In this document: in pieces, positions 1 through 7,940 of the stretch | Position numbering within the stretch: position 1 is the stretch's first letter | How the letters are laid out: each line of letters starts with the position of its first letter | Assembly: GCA_964658025.1 (NCBI GenBank) | Contig: CAZZXB010000004.1 | Location: forward strand, 1-14,726 | Source: an uncultured Janthinobacterium sp. | GTDB lineage: Bacteria > Vulcanimicrobiota > Vulcanimicrobiia > Vulcanimicrobiales > Vulcanimicrobiaceae | Length of the DNA stretch: 14,726 nt | Direction of reading: 5' to 3' | Position numbers and translations under genes: made by a program | The notes under the pieces: generated by a model | Database searches by the model: none | Told to the model about the DNA's origin: nothing | Seen by the model: only the letters and a program-made list of their open reading frames with translations

Positions 1-67
1 TCATGGACACGGGCGATCGTCCGGTCTCCGTGCGAAATTTCGTCGACGACTCGGGCTGGAGCGTGCG

Positions 68-96
68 GAAACTTCCCTGAGCGATCGCGCGTCGTA
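68..96 (+). promoter_or_regulatory. Possible ECF-sigma-type promoter for the dioxygenase gene
   Basis: GAAAC (68-72), 17-nt spacer, CGTCGTA (90-96) fits the AAC...CGT pattern of ECF promoters; ATG at 103 follows with no clear SD. Confidence 0.35.
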
Positions 97-102
97 GGGC
101 GC

Positions 103-927
103 ATGGATCGGATGCCGACGCTCTTCATCCCGCACGGCGGCGGCCCGTGGCCGCTGCTCGACGGAGCGTTCCGCCGGTCGCACGACGCGCTCGAAGCGCA
201 CCTGCGCGCGCTCGACGGATCGCTCGCGACGCGACCGAAGGCGATCGTGCTCGTCTCCGCACATTGGATCGAAGCGGTCGCGACGGTGAACGCCGCCGCG
301 GCGCCGCCGCTGTTATTCGATTACGTCGGATTCCCCGAAGCGGCGTATCGCATCGCCTATCCCGCGCCCGGCTCGCCCGAGGTCGCGGCGCGCGTCGCGC
401 GACTGCTCGGCGCGGCCGGGATCGCGAGCGCGAGCGACGTCGAACGCGGCTTCGATCACGGCGTCTTCGTCCCGCTCATGGTCGCCTATCCCGAGGCGGA
501 CGTGCCGGTCGTCGAGCTGTCGCTCCGAGCGGACATGGATCCCCGAGCGCACCTCGCGATCGGGCGCGCGCTCGCGCCGCTGCGCGACGAGGGAATCCTC
601 ATCGCGGGAAGCGGGATGAGCTATCACAACATGCGTGCGTTCTTCGGACCGGACGCGGGAGCGCGGCGGCACGCCGACGATTTCGATGCGTGGCTCGCGG
701 CGGCGCTCGCCGATCCGCACGCGCGCGACGGCGCGCTCGCGACGTGGTCCGGCGCGCCCGGCGCGCGCGAGGCGCATCCGACGCCGGAGCACCTCGTCCC
801 GCTCTTCGTCGCCGCGGGCGCGGCGGGCGACGACCCGGGCGTGCGGACCTTTCGCGGCGAGCTCTCCGGGCTCGCATACTCGGGATTCCGCTTCGGCGAG
901 CGCGCTAACGTGCGCGCCGACGGTTGA
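103..927 (+). CDS. Class III extradiol ring-cleavage dioxygenase (LigB / 4,5-DOPA dioxygenase, YgiD-like)
   Basis: Family motifs PTLFIPHGGGP, VSAHW, RGFDHGVFVPL, GSGMSYHN and AHPTPEHLVPL are all present; 274 aa. Confidence 0.93.
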   Translation: MDRMPTLFIPHGGGPWPLLDGAFRRSHDALEAHLRALDGSLATRPKAIVLVSAHWIEAVATVNAAAAPPLLFDYVGFPEAAYRIAYPAPGSPEVAARVARLLGAAGIASASDVERGFDHGVFVPLMVAYPEADVPVVELSLRADMDPRAHLAIGRALAPLRDEGILIAGSGMSYHNMRAFFGPDAGARRHADDFDAWLAAALADPHARDGALATWSGAPGAREAHPTPEHLVPLFVAAGAAGDDPGVRTFRGELSGLAYSGFRFGERANVRADG

Positions 928-953
928 CAGCGCGCTCGCGCGCGTGATACGAA
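924..953 (+). promoter_or_regulatory. Candidate sigma70-type promoter for the uORF-GNAT transcript
   Basis: Perfect TTGACA at 924-929 overlapping the upstream stop codon; TG at 945-946 plus TACGAA at 948-953 (extended -10-like, 18-nt spacer). The -10 match is imperfect. Confidence 0.5.
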
Positions 954-961
954 TCGAGACA

Positions 962-1045
962 ATGAACTCCGTTCCGCGCCCGCGACCGTCCTACGCGCTC
1001 GTGCACATCGCATCGAGGGTCGGAGAGCGCGCGTCCGGGCGCTGA
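962..1045 (+). CDS. Putative leader peptide (uORF), 27 aa: MNSVPRPRPSYALVHIASRVGERASGR
   Basis: ATG at 962 to TGA at 1043-1045, between the candidate promoter and an intrinsic terminator; overlaps segments complementary to the terminator 5' arm. Confidence 0.55.
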   Translation: MNSVPRPRPSYALVHIASRVGERASGR

Positions 1046-1069
1046 CCGAATCCACGAAACGATCCACGA

Positions 1070-1101
1070 GCGCGCGGTGCGAACACCGCGCGTTTTTATT
1101 T
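1070..1101 (+). terminator. Intrinsic terminator (probable attenuator) upstream of the GNAT gene
   Basis: Stem CGCGCGGTG (1071-1079), loop CGAA, CACCGCGCG (1084-1092), followed by TTTTTATTT (1093-1101). Confidence 0.85.
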
Positions 1102-1122
1102 GCCGCGACCCCCGGAGCATCC

Positions 1123-1620
1123 ATGATCGCGAACCTTTCCCTCTACCTACGCGCGGCGACGCGACTCGACGTCGTCACGCTCGCGCGGTTGCGCGTCGCG
1201 AGCGCGCTCGAACTCGGGTTACTCGATCCGTCGGACGCCCCGACGTTCGAGGCGAGCGCGCGGCGCGCGTTCCGCGAGTTGTTCGCGAGCGATCGCATCG
1301 TCGCGTGGATCGCGGTGCTCGACGACGTTCCCGTGGGCTGCGCGTGCGCGCTCTTCTGGACGCGCCTGCCGTATCCCGAAGGTTCGGTCCACGCGGAGAT
1401 CGCGGGGATCTACGTCGCGCCGCACGCGCGCGGTCGCGGGCTCGCCTCCGAACTCACGCGCGAGGTCGTCGCGACGGCGCGCGCGCGCGGCGTCCGAAAA
1501 ACCGTCCTGCATCCGACGCCGCGTGCCGCCCCGCTCTACCGTCGGCTCGGATTCGTCGACGGAAACGAACTCGTCCTCGCGCCGGAGGCGCTCGGCCCGT
1601 CGCGCGCCGTTAGCGCGTGA
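1123..1620 (+). CDS. GNAT family N-acetyltransferase
   Basis: Motif A IYVAPHARGRGLA and motif B AAPLYRRLGF; GGAG SD at 1114-1117; 165 aa. Confidence 0.92.
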   Translation: MIANLSLYLRAATRLDVVTLARLRVASALELGLLDPSDAPTFEASARRAFRELFASDRIVAWIAVLDDVPVGCACALFWTRLPYPEGSVHAEIAGIYVAPHARGRGLASELTREVVATARARGVRKTVLHPTPRAAPLYRRLGFVDGNELVLAPEALGPSRAVSA

Positions 1621-1698
1621 GCGTCGGTCGCCGCGCTCGAGACGGGGGACCCTCGCATCGGCCAAAGCGAACGCGCTCGCGCCGTCGTATATCGTCGC

Positions 1699-3780
1699 GT
1701 GTTCTATCCGTCCGTCTCGACCGCGCGTTCCGCGCCTCGCTTGCTCGCCGTCGCGGTCGCCCTCGCGTGCGCGGGCATCGCGAGTGCCGCGGGTGCGAGC
1801 GGCGACGCGACCGGACCGAGCACGATCGCGTGGAACCTGACGGGCGCGCAGATCCGCGCGAGTTGCGCGCGGGAGATCGCACGGGCGCGCGCGGGCGTGG
1901 CGGAGATCGGCGCGTCGGCCGGACCGCACACGTTCTCGAACACGGTGCTCGCGTTCGAGAACGTCAATGCGGATCTCACCGATCGCCTCGTCGCGCAGAC
2001 GTTCCTCTCGCAGATCGGGCCGGTCGCCGCGATCCGCAAGATCTCCCTCGCCTGCTCGAACGACGTCGCCGCGTTCTCCGCCGAGGAGACGGCCGATCCC
2101 GCCGTCTATCGCGCGCTTCTCGAGGCGCGGCGGAGCGGCACGGCGCGGACGGTCGCCGATCGCGCGCTCGAGCGGTACTGGCTCAAGGCGTTTCGCGAGG
2201 CGGGCGCCGCGCTCGCGACGCCCGCGCGCCGTGATTTCGTGCGGACGAGCCAGCGACTCGCGGTCGCGCAATCGACCTTTCAGGCGAACCTCGCGAGCGA
2301 CAAGACGACGATCGACGTCCGCGCGGGCGACGCGACGGGACTGAGTCCGGAATTCGTTTCGACGCTCGGACGCGACGGTACGAGCCTCGTCGTTCCGGTG
2401 AACGACAGCAGCTACGCGCAGGTGCTCGACAACGCCGCGAACCCGGACGTGCGGCGGCGCTTCTATCGCGCGTACGCGAACCGTCAGGTGCCGCAGAACC
2501 TACGCGTCCTCGATCGCGAGATCGCCCTGCGCGACCGGCTCGCGCATCTGCTCGGGTTTCCGACGTGGGCGGCGTACCGACTCTCGGGACGCGTCGATCC
2601 GAGCGTCGCGCACATCCGCGGATTTCTCGAAGCGCTCGACGCGCACGTGCTTCCGGGGGCGCGACGCGACGTCGCGCGTCTCTCCGATCGCTACGCGCGC
2701 GATCGCGGCGCGACGCGCGCGCCGCTCGCATTATGGGACGTCGGCTACGAACTCGAGCGCATCCGCACGTCGACGTACGCCGTCGACCAGGAAAAGATCA
2801 AACGGTATTTTCCGGCGCCGCACGTCGTCTCGGCGATCATGGGCATCTACGAGCACCTGCTCGGCGTGCGGTTCACGCCCGTGGTTCCCGCGAACGCGTA
2901 CGTCGCGAGCGTGACGGAGTTCGCGATTCACGATACCGCGAGCGGTCGGTTCGTCGGGTCGTTCTTGCTCGATCTCGCGCCGCGCGACGGCAAACCGGGC
3001 GGCGCCTATAACGCCGGCATCCTTCCCGTGCGACGTCTCGCGAACGGTCGGATGCGGCCGCCGATCAGCGCGATGCAGGTGAGCGACTGGCCCGCGCCCG
3101 CGGGCGGGAAGCCCGCCCTCTTGACGCACGACGACGTCACGACGTTCTTCCATGAATTCGGCCATCTCATGGCGGCCGAACTGACGACGACGCCGTACGA
3201 GAGCCTCAGTCAGTTCGATCAGGATTTCGTGGAAGCGCCCTCGCAGATGCTCGAGAACTTCGTGTGGACGCCGAGCGTGCTCGAGCGGATCAGCGCGAAC
3301 GTCGACACGGGCGCGCCGCTTCCGGCCGCGACGATCGCGAAGATGATCCGCGCGCGATGTCTCACCGACCGGCTCTGCAACGCGTACGCGGCGACGCGTC
3401 AGATCCAACTCTCGGTCGTCGATCTCGATTACCACACCGCGGGTCCGCGCGTCGACACGACGGCGATCTGGGCGCGCGACCAGCGTCGGCTCGTGCCGCT
3501 CCCGCTCCCGCCCGGGCTCCATCCGCAAGCGCAGTTCGAGCATCTCTCCGGCGGTTACGACGCCGGCTACTATACGTATCTCTGGTCGCTCGTCTACGCG
3601 CAAGACCTCTTTACCGCGTTCCAAAAAGGCGGCATCGAGAATCCGGTCGTCGGCATGCGTTATCGTCGCACGATCCTCGAACCGGCGGCGACGTACGGTG
3701 CGAACGAGGAAGTGCGCGCGTTCCTCGGGCGCCCGATGAGCCCGTCGGCGTTCTATCGCGGTTTCGACGCGGATCGCTGA
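1699..3780 (+). CDS. M3 family zinc oligopeptidase (thimet oligopeptidase-like) with predicted signal peptide
   Basis: HEFGH zinc motif (3151-3165), third ligand in DFVEAPSQMLENFVW, GGYDAGYYTYLWS, DLAPRDGK, FLGR near the C-terminus; hydrophobic N-terminus LLAVAVALACAGIASA. Exact start uncertain. Confidence 0.93.
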   Translation: MFYPSVSTARSAPRLLAVAVALACAGIASAAGASGDATGPSTIAWNLTGAQIRASCAREIARARAGVAEIGASAGPHTFSNTVLAFENVNADLTDRLVAQTFLSQIGPVAAIRKISLACSNDVAAFSAEETADPAVYRALLEARRSGTARTVADRALERYWLKAFREAGAALATPARRDFVRTSQRLAVAQSTFQANLASDKTTIDVRAGDATGLSPEFVSTLGRDGTSLVVPVNDSSYAQVLDNAANPDVRRRFYRAYANRQVPQNLRVLDREIALRDRLAHLLGFPTWAAYRLSGRVDPSVAHIRGFLEALDAHVLPGARRDVARLSDRYARDRGATRAPLALWDVGYELERIRTSTYAVDQEKIKRYFPAPHVVSAIMGIYEHLLGVRFTPVVPANAYVASVTEFAIHDTASGRFVGSFLLDLAPRDGKPGGAYNAGILPVRRLANGRMRPPISAMQVSDWPAPAGGKPALLTHDDVTTFFHEFGHLMAAELTTTPYESLSQFDQDFVEAPSQMLENFVWTPSVLERISANVDTGAPLPAATIAKMIRARCLTDRLCNAYAATRQIQLSVVDLDYHTAGPRVDTTAIWARDQRRLVPLPLPPGLHPQAQFEHLSGGYDAGYYTYLWSLVYAQDLFTAFQKGGIENPVVGMRYRRTILEPAATYGANEEVRAFLGRPMSPSAFYRGFDADR

Positions 3781-3871
3781 CGCGACGCGGGTTAGCTCGC
3801 TCGGCCGCGCCGTCGTGCCCGCTCGGTCTGACGGGTCCGCTTCGGGCGTCGAAGAACGGTCGGAGGTGCGC

Positions 3872-6850
3872 GTGAATTCGCAACCGACGGAACGTCCCAC
3901 GCTTCACGCCCGCCTGTTCGGCTCGCCCGCGTTCGCGCTCGATGCCGAGACGATCGCCGCTCGCGTGCCGATCAAGACGATCGCGCTGCTCGCGTATCTG
4001 CTCCTGCATCGCGAACGCGCGCACGATCGCGCGCGACTCGCATTCGCGTTCTGGCCCGATGTCGACGAAGAGGCGGCGCGCGCGAACCTGCGCCGTCATC
4101 TCTATCGCATCACGAAGATCTTGCTTCCGGAAACGGCGACGCCGTGGTTGCAGGTGACGGCGCGCACGGTCGGGTGGAACGCGTCGGCGCCGCTCGAGCT
4201 CGACGTCGCGCGCTTCGAGACGCTCGCCGACGCGGGCGAACTTCGCGGGGCGCTCGCCGTCTATCGCGGCGAGTTGCTCGAACCGCTCGACGAGCCGTGG
4301 ATTCTCCCGCTTCGCGAGGCGTTGCACGATCGTTTCCTACGCGCGGCACGGACGTATCTCGCGGATCTTCCGGCGGAGGCGTCCGCCGACGCGATCGAGA
4401 TCGCGCGGCGCGTGCTGCTCGTCGATCCCTTCGACGAGTCGGCCGTCCGCGCGCTCATGACGGCGAGCGAACGCGCGGGCGATCGGATCGGAGCGCTCCG
4501 CGAGTATCGGCGGTTCGCGGAACGGACCGAGGCCGAATTCGGCGTCGCGCCCGCTCCCGAAACGGTCGCGTTGCACGATCGCCTCGCGACCGACATCGCG
4601 GCGAGCGTCGAGCCGACGGCGGCGGCGCGACGACGCGCCGCGTTCGCGACGCCTGCGAACTCCTTCGTCGGGCGCGAGCGTTCGATCGCGGAACTCGGCG
4701 CGACGATCGAGCGTCGGCGGATCGTCACGCTCGTGGGCATCGGCGGGATCGGGAAGACCCGCCTCGCGCAGGAAGCGGCGGCGGCGCTCGCCGACGGGTT
4801 CGCCGACGGGGTCGCGTTCGTCGATTGCGGCGGTCTCGCGGATCCGACGCTCGTCGCGTCGTTCGTCGCCGATTCGATCGGGCGTTCGCTCTCCGCGCCC
4901 GTCCGCGACGCGACGCTCGCGGCCGAACTCAGAGACCGTCGCAGTCTGATCGTTTTCGATAATTGCGAAAACGCGCTCGAACCGATCGCCGATCTCGTCG
5001 CGACGATCGCGCGGACGGCGCCGGGATTGCGGATCTTGGCGACGAGCCGCGAGCGACTCGGCATCTCCGACGAGACCGTCGTCCGCGTGCCGCCGCTCGA
5101 TGCGGACGCGGCGAAGCATCTGTTCCGCGAACGCGCGGCGTCGGTCGCGTCGCGACCGATCGTCGAGAACGACGAGACGGGCGCGCTCGTCGCGCGCGTC
5201 CTCGAACGACTCGGCGGCGTCCCGCTCGCGCTCGAACTCGCGGCGTCCGCGACGAGCGCGCTCGATCTCGAACGGATCGATCGCGCGCTCGCGAACGCGG
5301 TCGATCTCAAGCCGATCTCCTCGCGCGACCAACGGCGCCAAAATCGAACGATGAACGCCGCACTCGATTGGAGTTTCGGCGCGCTCGCGGAATCCGACCG
5401 CGTGGCCTTCGCGGCCCTGAGCGTGTTCCGTGGCGGGTTCACGCTCGAGGCCGCGGCCGCGGTTGTCGGGACCGGCGGCGTGTCGGAGGAGTCGCGCGTT
5501 TCCGAGATCGTCGCCCGTCTCGTCGATCGGTCGCTCCTCGACGTCCGGGCGTCGGGAGCGTCGTATCGCTACGCGTATCTCGAACCGGTCCGGAGTTATG
5601 CGTCCGCGTTACTGGACGCGGAGGGAAGCCGGCGTCACCGTCGCGCGCACGCCGAGTACTACGCGCGGTTGAGCGAAGCGTTCTTCGGTGCGATGCGGCC
5701 CGAGCGCGAAGCGCGATCCGAGTCGACACGACCCGAGATCGACAACGTGCGCGCCGCGCTCGCATGGTCGTTCCAGGAAGCGCGCGATGCCGAGCTCGGA
5801 GCACGGATCGCGCTCGGCATCCACGCCTATTGGGCGGCGCGTCCGCGCGAAGGCGTCGTTTGGGCCGAGGTCGCGCTCGCGAGCATCACGGACGAGACGC
5901 CCGTCGCTTCGCGCGCCGCACTCCATCTCATCGGCGCGCAGATCATGCAGTCCGCGCGTCGCTTCGTCGAGAGTCTGGGTTCGCTCGAAATCGCGCTCGC
6001 GTACTATCGTCGCGACGGCGAGCGGTTTCATCTGGGCGAAGCGCTCGAACTTGCGGCGAGGGCGGAAGTCGCGGCGCGTCGCTTCGAGATCGGCGAGCGC
6101 CTCGCGACCGAAGGCATACGCGTCAACGAAGAGGTGGGAAACGCGCACGGGCTCGCCTGGTGCCGCGATACGCTCGGCTACGCGGCGGTCATGCGCGGCG
6201 ACTACGTTACCGCGCGGCGTATCCTGCGCGACTTGCTCGCGAGCGATCTCGCCGAAGCGCACGGCCCGCGCGTGATGCTGGCGGCGAACGTCGCGATCGC
6301 GGAGTATCTCTGCGGCGATGCGGACACGGCGATCGCCCTCAGCGAGCGCGAGATCGCGCGCGAGCGGGAGCGCGGCGGCGAGCGCATCCTCGGGGCCGCG
6401 CTCGGCTATCTCGGCATCTATCTCGCGGAACGCGGCGACCTCGAGCGGGCGCGCGAGGTCGCCGCCGAAGGCCTCTCGCTCGCGGTCGCGTACCACCGCG
6501 ACGCATGGATCGTCGATATCACGCTCGCGCACGCGGCGATCGCGCGACGCTCCGGCGCGTTCGATCGGGCCGCAAAACTTTTCGGTTTTAGCGAGACGCG
6601 GCTCCGCGCGTCGCCGAACGGTCTCGGTCCGTTGGAAAGGCACGAGGCCGAGTCGCTCCGCCGTTGCCTCCTCTCGACGCTTCCGAAGGCTGCGTTCGAG
6701 GCGGCATACGCGGCGGGCGCCGCCTGGTCCACGGACGTTGCGGTCGCCTTCGCACTCGCGTCGAAGGACGACGGCGGCGACGTGCGTTTGCGAGCGGACG
6801 GGGCGAGCGGCGATGCGCGCGTCGCGCGAATGGAAAAGGCGAGCCGGTAG
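3872..6850 (+). CDS. AfsR/SARP-like regulator: wHTH + BTAD + STAND NTPase + TPR-like C-terminus
   Basis: LLAYLLL...FWPD...NLRRHLYRI (wHTH); LDVARFE...YRGELL...DPFDE...GVAPAPET (BTAD); Walker A GIGGIGKT; Walker B LIVFDNCE; ATSRE; GVPLALELAA; helical repeats. Start moved from 3815 to the in-frame GTG at 3872 because GGAGG lies at 3862-3866. Confidence 0.9.
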   Translation: MNSQPTERPTLHARLFGSPAFALDAETIAARVPIKTIALLAYLLLHRERAHDRARLAFAFWPDVDEEAARANLRRHLYRITKILLPETATPWLQVTARTVGWNASAPLELDVARFETLADAGELRGALAVYRGELLEPLDEPWILPLREALHDRFLRAARTYLADLPAEASADAIEIARRVLLVDPFDESAVRALMTASERAGDRIGALREYRRFAERTEAEFGVAPAPETVALHDRLATDIAASVEPTAAARRRAAFATPANSFVGRERSIAELGATIERRRIVTLVGIGGIGKTRLAQEAAAALADGFADGVAFVDCGGLADPTLVASFVADSIGRSLSAPVRDATLAAELRDRRSLIVFDNCENALEPIADLVATIARTAPGLRILATSRERLGISDETVVRVPPLDADAAKHLFRERAASVASRPIVENDETGALVARVLERLGGVPLALELAASATSALDLERIDRALANAVDLKPISSRDQRRQNRTMNAALDWSFGALAESDRVAFAALSVFRGGFTLEAAAAVVGTGGVSEESRVSEIVARLVDRSLLDVRASGASYRYAYLEPVRSYASALLDAEGSRRHRRAHAEYYARLSEAFFGAMRPEREARSESTRPEIDNVRAALAWSFQEARDAELGARIALGIHAYWAARPREGVVWAEVALASITDETPVASRAALHLIGAQIMQSARRFVESLGSLEIALAYYRRDGERFHLGEALELAARAEVAARRFEIGERLATEGIRVNEEVGNAHGLAWCRDTLGYAAVMRGDYVTARRILRDLLASDLAEAHGPRVMLAANVAIAEYLCGDADTAIALSEREIARERERGGERILGAALGYLGIYLAERGDLERAREVAAEGLSLAVAYHRDAWIVDITLAHAAIARRSGAFDRAAKLFGFSETRLRASPNGLGPLERHEAESLRRCLLSTLPKAAFEAAYAAGAAWSTDVAVAFALASKDDGGDVRLRADGASGDARVARMEKASR

Positions 6851-6902
6851 CCGGCGCGCGCGTCGCGTGCTGACCCGAGCCTCCTCGGGTACGTTCCGTG
6901 GG

Positions 6903-7925
6903 ATGAATCTCGCTCGCGTTCTCGGCACCGTCGGTCTCGTCTCGCTCGCGCTCGCGCCGTTCGCGCGGCGACGCCGGGAGCCGCTGACCGGTCGCGTCGT
7001 CTGCATTACGGGTGGGAGTCGCGGACTCGGCCTGCAGATCGCGCGCGAGGCGGCGCGGCGCGGCGGGCGGCTCGCGTTGCTCGCGCGCTCCGCGCGAGAG
7101 CTCGACGCCGCGCGCGACGAGATCGCGCGCTCGGGTGCGGAGGTCCGAACGTTCGTCTGCGACGTCCGCGATCGCGACGACGTGCGGCGTACGATCGACG
7201 ACGTCGTCGCCGCGTGCGGTGCGATCGACGTCCTCGTCACCGTCGCGGGCGTCATCTCCGTCGGGCCGTTCGAAGCCTTCGATTTCGAGCACTTCGCGAA
7301 CGCGATGGACGCGAATTTCTACGGGACGCTCAACGCGATGACCGCGGTCTTGCCCGCGATGCGCGCGCGCAGGAGCGGGCGCATCGTCAACATCACGTCG
7401 CTCGGCGCGAAGATCTCGATCCCGCACATGCTGCCGTATTGCGCGAGTAAGTTCGCGGTCTACGCGCTCTCGGTCGGACTCGGCGCGGAGGTCGCGCGCG
7501 ACGGCGTCGCGGTGACGACCGTCGTCCCCGGATTGATGCGGACCGGGAGTCCGCCGCGCGCGACGTTCGTCGGGCGCCCGCAAGCCGAATACGTCACGTT
7601 CGCGGCGAGCGACGCGTTGCCGTTCACCTCGGTCGACGTCGCGCACGCCGCGCGCGTCATCCTCGACGGCTGCGAGCGTCGGAGCGCGCGGGTGATCGTC
7701 TCGTGGCAGGCGCACGTCGCGCTGATCGCCCGGCGCGTCGTTCCGGGCGTGGTCGACGCGTTACTCGTGAGCGCGGCGCGCCTCTTGCCCGATGCGGGGA
7801 AGCGCGAACGGCGCACCGGCTTCGCGAGCGAGTCGGCGTTCACGCGTTCGTGGGTGTTCGGTCTCTCGCGACGCGCCATGGAGACGCAACACGAATTCGT
7901 CGATCGGACCGATCGCGATCCGTGA
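6903..7925 (+). CDS. Short-chain dehydrogenase/reductase (SDR) with N-terminal hydrophobic segment
   Basis: TGGSRGLG cofactor motif, CDV, IVNITS, catalytic YCASK, PGLMRT. Start taken as ATG 6903 because the 6318 extension overlaps the upstream gene. Confidence 0.92.
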   Translation: MNLARVLGTVGLVSLALAPFARRRREPLTGRVVCITGGSRGLGLQIAREAARRGGRLALLARSARELDAARDEIARSGAEVRTFVCDVRDRDDVRRTIDDVVAACGAIDVLVTVAGVISVGPFEAFDFEHFANAMDANFYGTLNAMTAVLPAMRARRSGRIVNITSLGAKISIPHMLPYCASKFAVYALSVGLGAEVARDGVAVTTVVPGLMRTGSPPRATFVGRPQAEYVTFAASDALPFTSVDVAHAARVILDGCERRSARVIVSWQAHVALIARRVVPGVVDALLVSAARLLPDAGKRERRTGFASESAFTRSWVFGLSRRAMETQHEFVDRTDRDP

Positions 7926-7940
7926 CCGTCGCCGATCGCG

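Noticed and set aside
1..60. Possible start (CAT at 2-4) of a divergent gene leaving the window
   Set aside because: Only one codon is visible and there is no well-spaced SD, so it cannot be supported.
3787..3830. GCGGGTTAGCTC resembles a tRNA 5' end
   Set aside because: No D arm, anticodon arm or TTCG T-loop at the right spacing; only a short GC hairpin.
313..5612. Scattered TTA codons suggesting bldA-type control
   Set aside because: They occur in several unrelated genes and the organism does not look like a streptomycete.
6318..6902. 195-aa N-terminal extension of the SDR ORF
   Set aside because: Overlaps the regulator in another frame and is low-complexity; the ATG at 6903 gives a normal SDR.
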